Position numbers and translations under genes: made by a program. The notes beneath the pieces are model-generated. The model had not been told where the DNA came from. It was given only the letters and a program-made list of their open reading frames with translations, and made no database searches. DNA of 54,474 nt, from the NCBI GenBank assembly GCA_964581305.1, contig CAZONC010000001.1:1-54474 (forward strand). The letters run 5' to 3'. Within the stretch, counting starts at the first letter, position 1. The number at the start of each line of letters is the position of its first letter. Positions 18,211-25,686 of this stretch are shown here, piece by piece. This DNA comes from an uncultured archaeon. Its GTDB lineage: Archaea; Aenigmatarchaeota; Aenigmatarchaeia; CG10238-14; SCSR01.

Positions 18211-19433
18211 AAAAATCTCACCATCCAAATAAATAAAACTAAACCGGCTAATAAAATTATTGAAAATATTTTTCCGGTTTCTTTTCTAATTTTCTTATTT
18301 CCAAACCAACATACTAATAATTTTGTAACTGTATTTGCAATGCCAGCTAATAATATTCCACTAGCTGCAAATGGTGACGCACTTAAAGCTAGAGAAGCTG
18401 TTATAGCATCGACCTCTATAAGCCCAGCAAAAAATGAAAATAGATAAATTGCCTCGAAATGTGCTTTAATAAAATTCGTAATTAGAAGAACTGCAACAAA
18501 AATTGCTGTAAATTTGATCGCCACATCAAATGTTAGCGGTGAGGTTACCTTAACCACAGCATGCTCCTTTTTTGTTTTTTTCCAAATAGAATAACTATAA
18601 ATGAAACCAATTGCAGCTAAAATAAGAAGAGAAGATAAGGTTGGTAATAAATTAAAATTAAAAATTGATGCAATGATTAGCTGACGCAAAAACATGGTTG
18701 AGGATGCAATAACTATAGCAAAAATAGCAGAATAAATAATATTTTTTTCTTTTGATTTTTTTACCATCACAGCTGTTACTGCCATTGAACTAAATAACCC
18801 ACCAAAAAAACCAGTTAGCGCCAGACCTTTTTTGCTACCAAAAATTTTCATTGCTATATAGCTAATAAAACTTATCCCTAAAATAAAAATCATTACTTTC
18901 CATATTAATTGTGGATTAAGAACATTCCATGGGTCGATAGGATAATTTGGTAAAATCGGTAGAATAACAAATGCTAAAAGAAAAAATATTACCGCGCTTT
19001 TTATTTCTTTTTTGGAAAGATGTTTAGCAAATTTGTGTAAAGATTCTTTTGACAGTAATATGAGTGTTAATAAAATTGTTAACGAAACAGGAAGAAGATA
19101 TGGAAAAGATTCGAAAAATACTAAAATGCCTATAACATAGGTTATTATAAATGCAATCTCTGTTGTCAATCCAACAGATTTTGTTTTATAATATCGAATA
19201 ATATAACTGGATATAGTTAGTGCACTAACTGTTGCTAATCCAATATAAATTGGTGCAAAGCTTGCCAAAATTTGTGAAAAATATCCAACTAAAAAACCGA
19301 ATAAAGAAATTAACATAAAAGTTCTTATTCCTGCAAAAAGTTCGCCCTTCAATCTTCGCTCTCTCTCTAACCCAACAAGTGCGCCTAGCGCTAAAGCTAG
19401 TAGCATTTCAAAAAAAAATGATAGTTCATGCAT
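18207..19433 (-). CDS. MgtC/SapB-family N-terminal domain plus DUF4010-type polytopic membrane protein
   Basis: LALALGALVGLERERR MgtC signature followed by about 10 further TM helices. 408 aa. Confidence 0.7.
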   Translation of the reverse strand: MHELSFFFEMLLALALGALVGLERERRLKGELFAGIRTFMLISLFGFLVGYFSQILASFAPIYIGLATVSALTISSYIIRYYKTKSVGLTTEIAFIITYVIGILVFFESFPYLLPVSLTILLTLILLSKESLHKFAKHLSKKEIKSAVIFFLLAFVILPILPNYPIDPWNVLNPQLIWKVMIFILGISFISYIAMKIFGSKKGLALTGFFGGLFSSMAVTAVMVKKSKEKNIIYSAIFAIVIASSTMFLRQLIIASIFNFNLLPTLSSLLILAAIGFIYSYSIWKKTKKEHAVVKVTSPLTFDVAIKFTAIFVAVLLITNFIKAHFEAIYLFSFFAGLIEVDAITASLALSASPFAASGILLAGIANTVTKLLVCWFGNKKIRKETGKIFSIILLAGLVLFIWMVRFL

Positions 19434-19437
19434 AAAA

Positions 19438-19954
19438 TTAATTTGTTTTAGGATTATATTTTATTTTAGCAATTTTTTTTACTTCATTAAAAGCTTTCTC
19501 AGTCGTTTGATTTCCGTCCACAATAACTATTTTCTCATCTCGCAATATTTTCGGAAGGACCAAGAAATTTTTTCTAACTTTACTAAGAAATTCCACATCT
19601 TCAAACTTAACTTTTTTGGCTTTGCTTTTTCAACCTTTTAATACATTCGTTGGGTGAGGTGCTAATTATTATTGTTAAGTCTGGTTTAGGAAAATATTTG
19701 TTTAATTCTAATAACCAACTCAACTCTAGGCCATAAGCATTTTGATATGCTAATGAGGAATGATAAGTATCTATCTGAAATAACTATTTTTCCTTGTTCC
19801 AAATAAGGAAGAATTACATTTTTCAAATGTTCTTTGCGAAAAGAAGAGCATCTGTCTTTTGGATAGCCATTTGATTTAAGCCAATTGAAAAGTAATGCTG
19901 CTTGAGTGGATTTTCCAGAACCATCGCCTATTCTATTACAATAATTTAAAAAAA
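19438..19954 (-). pseudogene. tmk: thymidylate kinase pseudogene (at least two frameshifts, an internal deletion, no start codon)
   Basis: Three reading frames each carry consecutive Tmk pieces. Frame 1: GDGSGKSTQAALLFNWLKSNGY...GKIVISDRY. Frame 2: SLAYQNAYGLELSWLLELNKYFPKPDLTIIISTSPNECIKRLKK. Frame 3: KVKFEDVEFLSKVRKNFLVL...IVIVDGNQTTEKAFNEVKKI, then stop at 19438-19440. Confidence 0.75.
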
Positions 19955-20039
19955 TGGGTCCGGCCGGATTCGAACCGGCGACCTTCGCCATTTTGCTTCG
20001 CACGTCAAGGCGACGTCATACCAGCTAGACCACGGACCC
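19955..20039 (-). tRNA. tRNA-Val(GAC) with a 12-nt intron at 37/38 (about 19991-20002)
   Basis: Acceptor GGGUCCG/CGGACCC. D arm GUCU..GAC. Anticodon stem UCGCC/GGCGA. Loop UU-GAC-G|UGCGAAGCAAAA|U. T arm GCCGG-UUCGAAU-CCGGC. Discriminator A. Confidence 0.85.
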
Positions 20040-20040
20040 A

Positions 20041-20157
20041 CGCTGGAGCGGGGATTTGAACCCCGACGGTCTTACGACCACCAGCTATCCACATTTTAAT
20101 CCAGGTTAGCAGATTCGTCCTTTATCTGGCGCCTTAACCTGGTTCGGCCACTCCAGC
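20041..20157 (-). tRNA. class II tRNA, best read as tRNA-Ser(GCU), with two intervening sequences (12 nt at 20114-20125; 20 nt at 20087-20106)
   Basis: Acceptor GCUGGAG/CUCCAGC with discriminator G. D arm GCC..GGC. Long variable arm U-GGUC-GUAA-GACC-GU. T arm CGGGG-UUCAAAU-CCCCG. The 117 nt are about 32 nt too long. Removing ATAAAGGACGAA and ACCTGGATTAAAATGTGGAT gives stem CCAGU/GCUGG and loop CU-GCU-AA. Confidence 0.7.
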
Positions 20158-20190
20158 GTAATTGCCACTCCAGCAATAATTAAAAGATAA

Positions 20191-20200
20191 TTTATATAAT
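20191..20200 (-). promoter_or_regulatory. candidate TATA box for the tRNA-Ser/tRNA-Val unit, possibly shared with the divergent PRC-barrel gene
   Basis: ATTATATAAA on the minus strand, 34-43 nt upstream of the tRNA-Ser 5' end. The two tRNAs are 1 nt apart, so one transcript is implied. Confidence 0.3.
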
Positions 20201-20231
20201 AAAAACTTTTATTATATTTAAGGGAAGAAAC

Positions 20232-20531
20232 ATGGCAATAACAGTAAAAGATATAGCAGATATGTTTGGTAAAGACGTTTTTACAAGCAAAGGATCCTAT
20301 TGTGGAAAAGTATCTGATTTAGATTTTGACCTCTCCAGATTTAAAATACGCTCTTTAGTTGTTGAAGCGACACGTGAAGGTATATTTGGAAAATTAATTG
20401 GCAGTAAAAAAGGTGTGATTGTACCTTATCAGGCTGTTCAGGCGATTGATGACATAGTAATAATAAAACATGTGGTAACACAAGGATTGCCAGAAAAATC
20501 AGAAATAAAAGAAGGAGAGGAAAAATCGTAA
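20232..20531 (+). CDS. PRC-barrel domain protein
   Basis: 99 aa. VFTSKGSYCGKVSDLDFDL..FKIRSLVVE...IVPYQAVQAIDDIVII matches the PRC-barrel pattern. Confidence 0.7.
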   Translation: MAITVKDIADMFGKDVFTSKGSYCGKVSDLDFDLSRFKIRSLVVEATREGIFGKLIGSKKGVIVPYQAVQAIDDIVIIKHVVTQGLPEKSEIKEGEEKS

Positions 20532-20785
20532 TGGAAGGTAAAAAGCCTCTAAAAAAAGAGTTGAAGTGGAGTAAAATTGGAGATGTCTATTTATTAACAA
20601 ATGAAGGTAAAACGTATACTATAGATGCTGTATCATTTCTTGTTTGGATTCAGTGTGATGGAAAAACAGATGTGGAACAAATAGTAGATGTTTTTTCTGT
20701 AAATGGAAATAGAGATATAGTTAAAGCCGCAATTATTGGTATTTTGGAAAAATTAGCTAAAAAAGAACTAATTACATGGATCTGA
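20531..20785 (+). CDS. PqqD-family (RiPP-recognition-element-like) small protein
   Basis: 84 aa. YTIDAVSFLVWIQCDGKTDVEQIVDVF......IVKAAIIGILEKLAKKELI follows the PqqD winged-helix consensus. One-nt overlap with the PRC-barrel gene. Confidence 0.6.
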   Translation: MEGKKPLKKELKWSKIGDVYLLTNEGKTYTIDAVSFLVWIQCDGKTDVEQIVDVFSVNGNRDIVKAAIIGILEKLAKKELITWI

Positions 20786-20816
20786 TTTTTAAATTTAAAA
20801 GAAAAATTCTTTTAAT

Positions 20817-21737
20817 ATGATTGATAAAAAAATTATCGAGGAACTTAAAAAAATAAATGCAAAGCGTGTTTTAATTCAGTTTCCTGAAGGTTTAACACTT
20901 AAAATACAGGAAATAGCAAAAAAATTGGAGAAAAACGGTTTTGAAACTGTTATATGCATGGAAAAAACATTCGGAGCATGTGATGTACGAGACGTGGAAG
21001 CTAAAAGAATAGGATGTGATGTTATTTTACACATTGGCCATGAAAAATTTGTAGAAAGTACTGATATTCCAGTGGTTTATTGGGAATATTTTATTGATGC
21101 TGATCCTATTCCTATTCTTAAAAAAGAAATTGGAAAATTGGAAAAAATGGAAAAAATAGGTTTAATAACAAGCATACAATTTGTGAAAACAATACCTGTG
21201 GTAAAGAAGTTTTTAGAAAAAAATGGAAAAAAAGTATATGTTCATAAATCACTTCATTATCCAGGACAAGTTTTGGGTTGCAACCTAGAGGCAGCTAAAG
21301 CAATAGAGGATAGTGTAGACTGCTTTCTTTGTATTTCTGCTGGGGAATTTTATGCAAATGGTATTGTTATGATAACTAAAAAACCTGTTCTAAACTTAGA
21401 TATGGAAAAAAGAGAAATTTACAATCTTGAAGATCTGAGAAAAAGGGTTGAAAAAACAATTATATGGAATTTATCAAATTTGGAGGATGCGAAAAGAGTT
21501 GGTATTTTGATAAGCTGGAAAAAAGGACAGATATATCATAATTATTTTGATTTAAAGAAAAAATTGGAAAAAAGTGGTAAAGAGGTTTTTATACTTGCAA
21601 TGGATGAAATAACTCCAGAAAAAATTGAAGGTTTAAAACTTGATGCGCTAATAAATTGTGCTTGTCCCAGAATCGGAATAGATGATTTAAAAAGATATAA
21701 AGTACCAATAATAAATATTAATTTTATTAGTGATTAG
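20817..21737 (+). CDS. dph2: diphthamide synthesis protein Dph2 (2-(3-amino-3-carboxypropyl)histidine synthase)
   Basis: VLIQFPEGL start, three-domain size (306 aa), conserved Cys including CACPRIGIDD. The conserved archaeal dph2-rpoL neighbourhood is present. Confidence 0.85.
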   Translation: MIDKKIIEELKKINAKRVLIQFPEGLTLKIQEIAKKLEKNGFETVICMEKTFGACDVRDVEAKRIGCDVILHIGHEKFVESTDIPVVYWEYFIDADPIPILKKEIGKLEKMEKIGLITSIQFVKTIPVVKKFLEKNGKKVYVHKSLHYPGQVLGCNLEAAKAIEDSVDCFLCISAGEFYANGIVMITKKPVLNLDMEKREIYNLEDLRKRVEKTIIWNLSNLEDAKRVGILISWKKGQIYHNYFDLKKKLEKSGKEVFILAMDEITPEKIEGLKLDALINCACPRIGIDDLKRYKVPIININFISD

Positions 21738-22013
21738 ATGGAACTGAAGATAGTGCAAGAGGGAGAAAAAAATATTACAGTGGAAATAAAAGAGGAGAGC
21801 ATAACATTTGCAAATTTAATTAAAGAAACGCTATGGCAGGATTCCTCTGTTACCGAAGCTGCTTGTATAAAAGAACACCCGTATTTGGCCGAACCAAAGG
21901 TTTTTGTAAAGGTATCTAAAGGTGATCCTCTGACAGCACTTCAAAAGGCAGCAGAGAGAATTGCTACACAAATAGATGAATTTGGACAACAGTTCAAAAA
22001 AGCCATCAAATAA
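21738..22013 (+). CDS. rpoL: DNA-directed RNA polymerase subunit L (Rpo11)
   Basis: 91 aa. ITFANLIKETLWQDSSVTEAACIKEHPYLAEPKVFVKV...ALQKAAERI has the RpoL pattern. Confidence 0.8.
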   Translation: MELKIVQEGEKNITVEIKEESITFANLIKETLWQDSSVTEAACIKEHPYLAEPKVFVKVSKGDPLTALQKAAERIATQIDEFGQQFKKAIK

Positions 22014-22027
22014 TTCTTTTAATATTA

Positions 22028-22116
22028 AAAAAATAAGTAAAAAATATGGGAAAGGGAGTATCAACTATAATTGCTGTAATTATTATGCTTTTGATAACAA
22101 TTGCTTTAGCAGGTTT
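22028..22116 (+). repeat. copy 1 of the duplicated promoter/RBS/signal-peptide segment of the tandem pilin genes (copy 2 at about 22460-22549)
   Basis: AAAAAATAAGTAAAAAATATG(G/A)GAAAGGGAGTATCAACTATAATTGC occurs identically at both sites. Similarity then decays through the hydrophobic helix. Confidence 0.7.
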
Positions 22117-22447
22117 AGCTTATATGATAATAACAGGACTATTAACTACTCACACTGGAAAATTTATTGAACTCTTTGGTGATATAGTATGTAGAAGTGG
22201 AACTCCAGGAACCTATACTATTTCTATTAAAAATGCAGGTTCAGAAGTAATTAATGTAAATGAGCTGTCAATTTTTATTGGTGGTACAGGATCTGCCTAT
22301 TTAAAAACATGTACATGGACAAATACAACTTTATCGCCTGGAGGAACAACCACCTGCACAATTCAAGAAAACATATCACCCGGTATCTATGCATTGCGAA
22401 TAGTTGGTCCGGCAAATATAATAACTGGTAGCATTGCCTGTCCATAG
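22046..22447 (+). CDS. archaeal type IV pilin-like protein (class III signal peptide)
   Basis: MGKG|VSTIIAVIIMLLITIALAGLAY N-terminus. The variable C-terminal domain contains Cys. Confidence 0.75.
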   Translation: MGKGVSTIIAVIIMLLITIALAGLAYMIITGLLTTHTGKFIELFGDIVCRSGTPGTYTISIKNAGSEVINVNELSIFIGGTGSAYLKTCTWTNTTLSPGGTTTCTIQENISPGIYALRIVGPANIITGSIACP

Positions 22448-22477
22448 CATTTTATATTTAAAAAATAAGTAAAAAAT

Positions 22478-22867
22478 ATGAGAAAGGGAGTATCAACTAT
22501 AATTGCAACTATTCTTATGCTTTTAATAACACTTGCTTTAGCAGGATTTCTTTACACTTTTTTGATGGGTACGGTTAAAGTCCAAACACAGGGTATAGAA
22601 GTATTGGATATTTATTGTAGCAATAACATAGTTTATATTGCTATTAAAAATATAGGAACAGATTCAGTTTCGAATATTACATGTTTACAAACAACACCAA
22701 CTGGTGATACATGCAGTTTTACTGGCTTAGCATCGCCTATTGCACCAGGAACTAGCACAGGTTACCTTCAATTAGATACCTGCACAGGTAGTGGATCGAG
22801 ATATTGTCAATATAGATTAGTTCCAAATATCGGAAAACCAGTTCCGGTTACAGTTGGGTGTACCTAA
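22478..22867 (+). CDS. archaeal type IV pilin-like protein, tandem paralog
   Basis: MRKG|VSTIIATILMLLITLALAGFLY N-terminus. The 5' flank and first ~25 codons are nearly identical in DNA to the upstream paralog. Confidence 0.75.
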   Translation: MRKGVSTIIATILMLLITLALAGFLYTFLMGTVKVQTQGIEVLDIYCSNNIVYIAIKNIGTDSVSNITCLQTTPTGDTCSFTGLASPIAPGTSTGYLQLDTCTGSGSRYCQYRLVPNIGKPVPVTVGCT

Positions 22868-24087
22868 ATTATTTTTCCATATCCAATAAGTTGCCATTTT
22901 CCATGAATTTGCCGTGATATAACGATCCTATCATTTTCTTCTGCACAAACAGGTATTTTCAATTTCACTTCTATCATTCTATTTTTTATTGACGTTATCA
23001 CACCGATGGAACGTGCTGTACCCACATTAACAAGTATATTCTCACCAACTTTTAACGATGTTGTTTTTTCTTCTGTGTTAACTAACCGCTCTAAGAAGTT
23101 TATTTCAAATGTTAAAAATTCTTTTACGTTAGGCAACTTTCCGGGTAAACCAACTAAATTTCCAACTAATGCATCAGATTTAGTCAAAGATGGATCTAGC
23201 AAAGTGAGTACTCCAAGTAACCCACCTGCCGATGCCTCCTCCACATCTATTCCACCTTTTTTTAGCCCAACAATCCGGGTAAATAATGGTGTGTATTTTT
23301 CTCCAATTTTTACTCCTGGCCGTATTTCTATTTCATCTCCAACACGAAGTTTGCCTTCCACTATAGCACCACCCAGAACACCACCAACCATTTTACTTGG
23401 ACTTATTCCTGGTTTATTTATATCAAAACTACGTGCAACCAACATTTTTGGATTTTTTTCCAAATCTCTTTTTGGAGTTGGTATATATTTTTCTATAGCT
23501 TCAATAACGGCATCTATATTTGCTCTTTGCTGAGCAGAAACTGGGATGATTGGCGCATTTTCAAACGATGTTCCTTGGATAAATTTTTTTATTTCTTCAT
23601 AATTTCTAATTGCCTCTTCCTCCGTTACCAAGTCAATTTTATTTTGTACAATTATTACATTTTTTATTCCCACAATCTCGAGTGCTATTAAATGTTCGCG
23701 TGTTTGCGGTTGCGGACATTTTTCATTCGCAGCTATGACCAGAATTGCTCCATCTATTATTGACGCACCAGTCAAAACTGTTGCCATTAGCGTTTCATGG
23801 CCTGGTGCATCGACAAAACTAACTGTTCGCACAATTTCACAATCAGAAAAACAGTAAGGACATTTTTTATTTGTGTTATATCTTCCACAATTTTTACATT
23901 TATAAATTGTGCAATCAGCATAACCAAGCCTTATTGTAATTCCTCTTTTTAATTCCTCAGAATGTGTAAGAGTAGATTTGCCTGTTATTGCTTCAACTAA
24001 CGTTGTCTTTCCATGTGCAACATGTCCAACTGTTCCTATGTTGCATTCTGGAATTAATTTTTCATGAACTAGTTTTCTCACCCCCAC
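22864..24087 (-). CDS. eif2g: translation initiation factor aIF2 gamma subunit
   Basis: NIGTVGHVAHGKTTL G1 motif, zinc knuckle CKNCG...CPYC, DAPGH, NKIDL. 407 aa. Confidence 0.9.
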   Translation of the reverse strand: MGVRKLVHEKLIPECNIGTVGHVAHGKTTLVEAITGKSTLTHSEELKRGITIRLGYADCTIYKCKNCGRYNTNKKCPYCFSDCEIVRTVSFVDAPGHETLMATVLTGASIIDGAILVIAANEKCPQPQTREHLIALEIVGIKNVIIVQNKIDLVTEEEAIRNYEEIKKFIQGTSFENAPIIPVSAQQRANIDAVIEAIEKYIPTPKRDLEKNPKMLVARSFDINKPGISPSKMVGGVLGGAIVEGKLRVGDEIEIRPGVKIGEKYTPLFTRIVGLKKGGIDVEEASAGGLLGVLTLLDPSLTKSDALVGNLVGLPGKLPNVKEFLTFEINFLERLVNTEEKTTSLKVGENILVNVGTARSIGVITSIKNRMIEVKLKIPVCAEENDRIVISRQIHGKWQLIGYGKII

Positions 24088-24505
24088 TTTTACTTTCTAC
24101 TTTTTCCTTCTCCTCTTTTTTACTCTTCACAGGAATTAATTCTTCAATTGGTTTTTCGCCTTTTACCACAATTTTACAGTTAATTTGCATTATGTCCTCG
24201 CTAATTGTATTACCACGAACTGTTTTTCTTTTTCTCTGTCCTTTTATCTTTGGATGGAAACATGGTTTTCCTGAAAGTAAAACTTTTTTTCGTCCGATTC
24301 CTTCTACAGATGGATGCATAGGAAAGCCGTCTTTATCAGTTCCGCCAGTTATTTTTAAAGTGTATTTTGGCAATCCTATTATTTCCCCATTAAATTCATC
24401 ACCAATTTTTTTCCCTATTATTCCAATGGCTTTGCTTTGCTCAATCTCCAATTGATACGATTTTCTTGTTTCTGGATCTGAAATATTAAATTTAAATACT
24501 GCCAT
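24062..24505 (-). CDS. rps6e: 30S ribosomal protein S6e
   Basis: MAVFKFNISDPETRKSYQLE start (the ORF-track start at 24532 is an upstream extension). KGEKPIEEL and a Lys/Glu tail. The 3' end overlaps the aIF2-gamma start. Confidence 0.85.
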   Translation of the reverse strand: MAVFKFNISDPETRKSYQLEIEQSKAIGIIGKKIGDEFNGEIIGLPKYTLKITGGTDKDGFPMHPSVEGIGRKKVLLSGKPCFHPKIKGQRKRKTVRGNTISEDIMQINCKIVVKGEKPIEELIPVKSKKEEKEKVESKSGGEKTSS

Positions 24506-24552
24506 AATACCACTGTATATATTTGAAAACATTTTAAAAATAAATATAGATT

Positions 24553-25671
24553 ATGGTAGAAAAATTCATTGTAACACCGTGGGAAGTACGAGGAAGGGTA
24601 AATTATAACAGGCTAATTAAGCAGTTTGGACTTGTACCAATAACTGATGAGTTATTAGAAAAAATAAAAAAATTTACACATGATCTTCATTACTTTTTTA
24701 GGAGAAAAATAGTATTTGCACATCGCGATATAGATTGGATTTTAAGTGAATATGAAAAAAAGAATCAATTTTATCTTTATACGGGTCGCGGTCCATCTGG
24801 CTATACTCATTTGGGCCACCTTATACCATGGATTATAACAAAATGGTTGCAAGATAAATTCAACGCTAAATTGTATTTCCAAATAACGGATGATGAAAAA
24901 TTTCTTTTTAAAGAAAGCATTTCTCTAGAAAAAATTAAGGAGTTTGCATATGATAATATATTAGATATAATAGCTCTTGGTTTTGATCCAAAAAAAACAA
25001 GAATATTTTTGAATACAGAATATGCAAAAACATTATATCCAGAAGCAATAAAAGTTGCACGCCATATAACTATTTCTACTGCTAAAGCTGTATTTGGTTT
25101 TAAAAATGATTCCAACATAGGAAAAATATTTTTCACATCAATGCAAGCAGTGCCTGCATTTCTTGAATCGAAAAAAATGGGGAGAAATGTACCTTGTTTA
25201 ATTCCATTGGCAGCCGACCAAGATCCGCATTTTCGCATAGCAAGAGATGTTCTACCAAAACTTGGGTATTACAAACCAGCAATACTTCATACAAAATTTT
25301 TACCAGGACTTGGTCCTGAAGGCAAAATGAGCACGAGTGAACCAGAAACGTGTATATTTACCATAGAAGATCCCAACTTAGCAGCAAAAAAAGTCATGAA
25401 TGCATTTACTGGAGGTGGTGCTACAGAGAAGGAGCAAAGAGAAAAAGGAGGGAATCCAGATATATGTTCAGTATATCAATACTATTTATTTTTATTCGAA
25501 CAAGATGATGAAAAGTTAAATCAAATAGCACAAGAATGCAAAAATGGAAAAAGAATTTGTGGAGAATGTAAGCAAATACTTGCTGAAAGAGTTAAAAAGT
25601 TTTTAATCGAGCACCAAGAAAAAAGATCTGCTGCAAAGGATGTTTTAGAAGATTTTATGTTAAGAGATTAA
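24553..25671 (+). CDS. trpS: tryptophanyl-tRNA synthetase (archaeal/eukaryotic type)
   Basis: VTPWEVRG...LIKQFG start. YLYTGRGPSGYTHLGHLIPWIITKWLQDKFN closely follows the eukaryotic/archaeal TrpRS HIGH region. KMSTS loop. Confidence 0.85.
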   Translation: MVEKFIVTPWEVRGRVNYNRLIKQFGLVPITDELLEKIKKFTHDLHYFFRRKIVFAHRDIDWILSEYEKKNQFYLYTGRGPSGYTHLGHLIPWIITKWLQDKFNAKLYFQITDDEKFLFKESISLEKIKEFAYDNILDIIALGFDPKKTRIFLNTEYAKTLYPEAIKVARHITISTAKAVFGFKNDSNIGKIFFTSMQAVPAFLESKKMGRNVPCLIPLAADQDPHFRIARDVLPKLGYYKPAILHTKFLPGLGPEGKMSTSEPETCIFTIEDPNLAAKKVMNAFTGGGATEKEQREKGGNPDICSVYQYYLFLFEQDDEKLNQIAQECKNGKRICGECKQILAERVKKFLIEHQEKRSAAKDVLEDFMLRD

Positions 25672-25686
25672 GCCAAATTGATTTTT

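Noticed and set aside
19686-20003. 105-aa ORF from the track (MRSKMAKVAGSNPAGP...)
   Set aside because: Its first ~16 codons are simply the tRNA-Val gene read as protein on the same strand. The remainder is frame 1 of the broken tmk gene. It is annotated as a pseudogene plus tRNA instead.
20531-21737. PqqD-like gene plus the downstream radical-SAM-related gene read as a RiPP cluster
   Set aside because: The downstream gene is Dph2, the housekeeping diphthamide enzyme acting on EF-2, in its usual dph2-rpoL context. No precursor peptide ORF lies between them.
21976-22170. 64-aa ORF spanning the rpoL end and the first pilin gene start
   Set aside because: It is out of frame with two supported genes and has Asn/Ser/Lys low-complexity composition.
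23006-23533. 175-aa ORF antisense to aIF2-gamma. Similar shadow ORFs occur at 2152-2505, 2737-2976, 4673-4942, 9352-9699, 14931-15272, 24807-25238, 26313-26879, 28585-29091, 29407-29754, 33544-33855, 36272-36682, 42554-42925, 44980-45270, 50966-51274 and 53207-53452.
   Set aside because: All lie fully inside strongly supported genes on the opposite strand. Their composition is low-complexity Ser/Pro/Phe/Ile-rich, typical of antisense frames, and none has a recognisable motif.
22864-24087. GHVAHGKT instead of the usual GHVDHGKT in the aIF2-gamma P-loop
   Set aside because: This is a single non-glycine/lysine position of the G1 motif. All other GTPase motifs and the zinc knuckle are intact, so it is probably lineage variation with no clear consequence.
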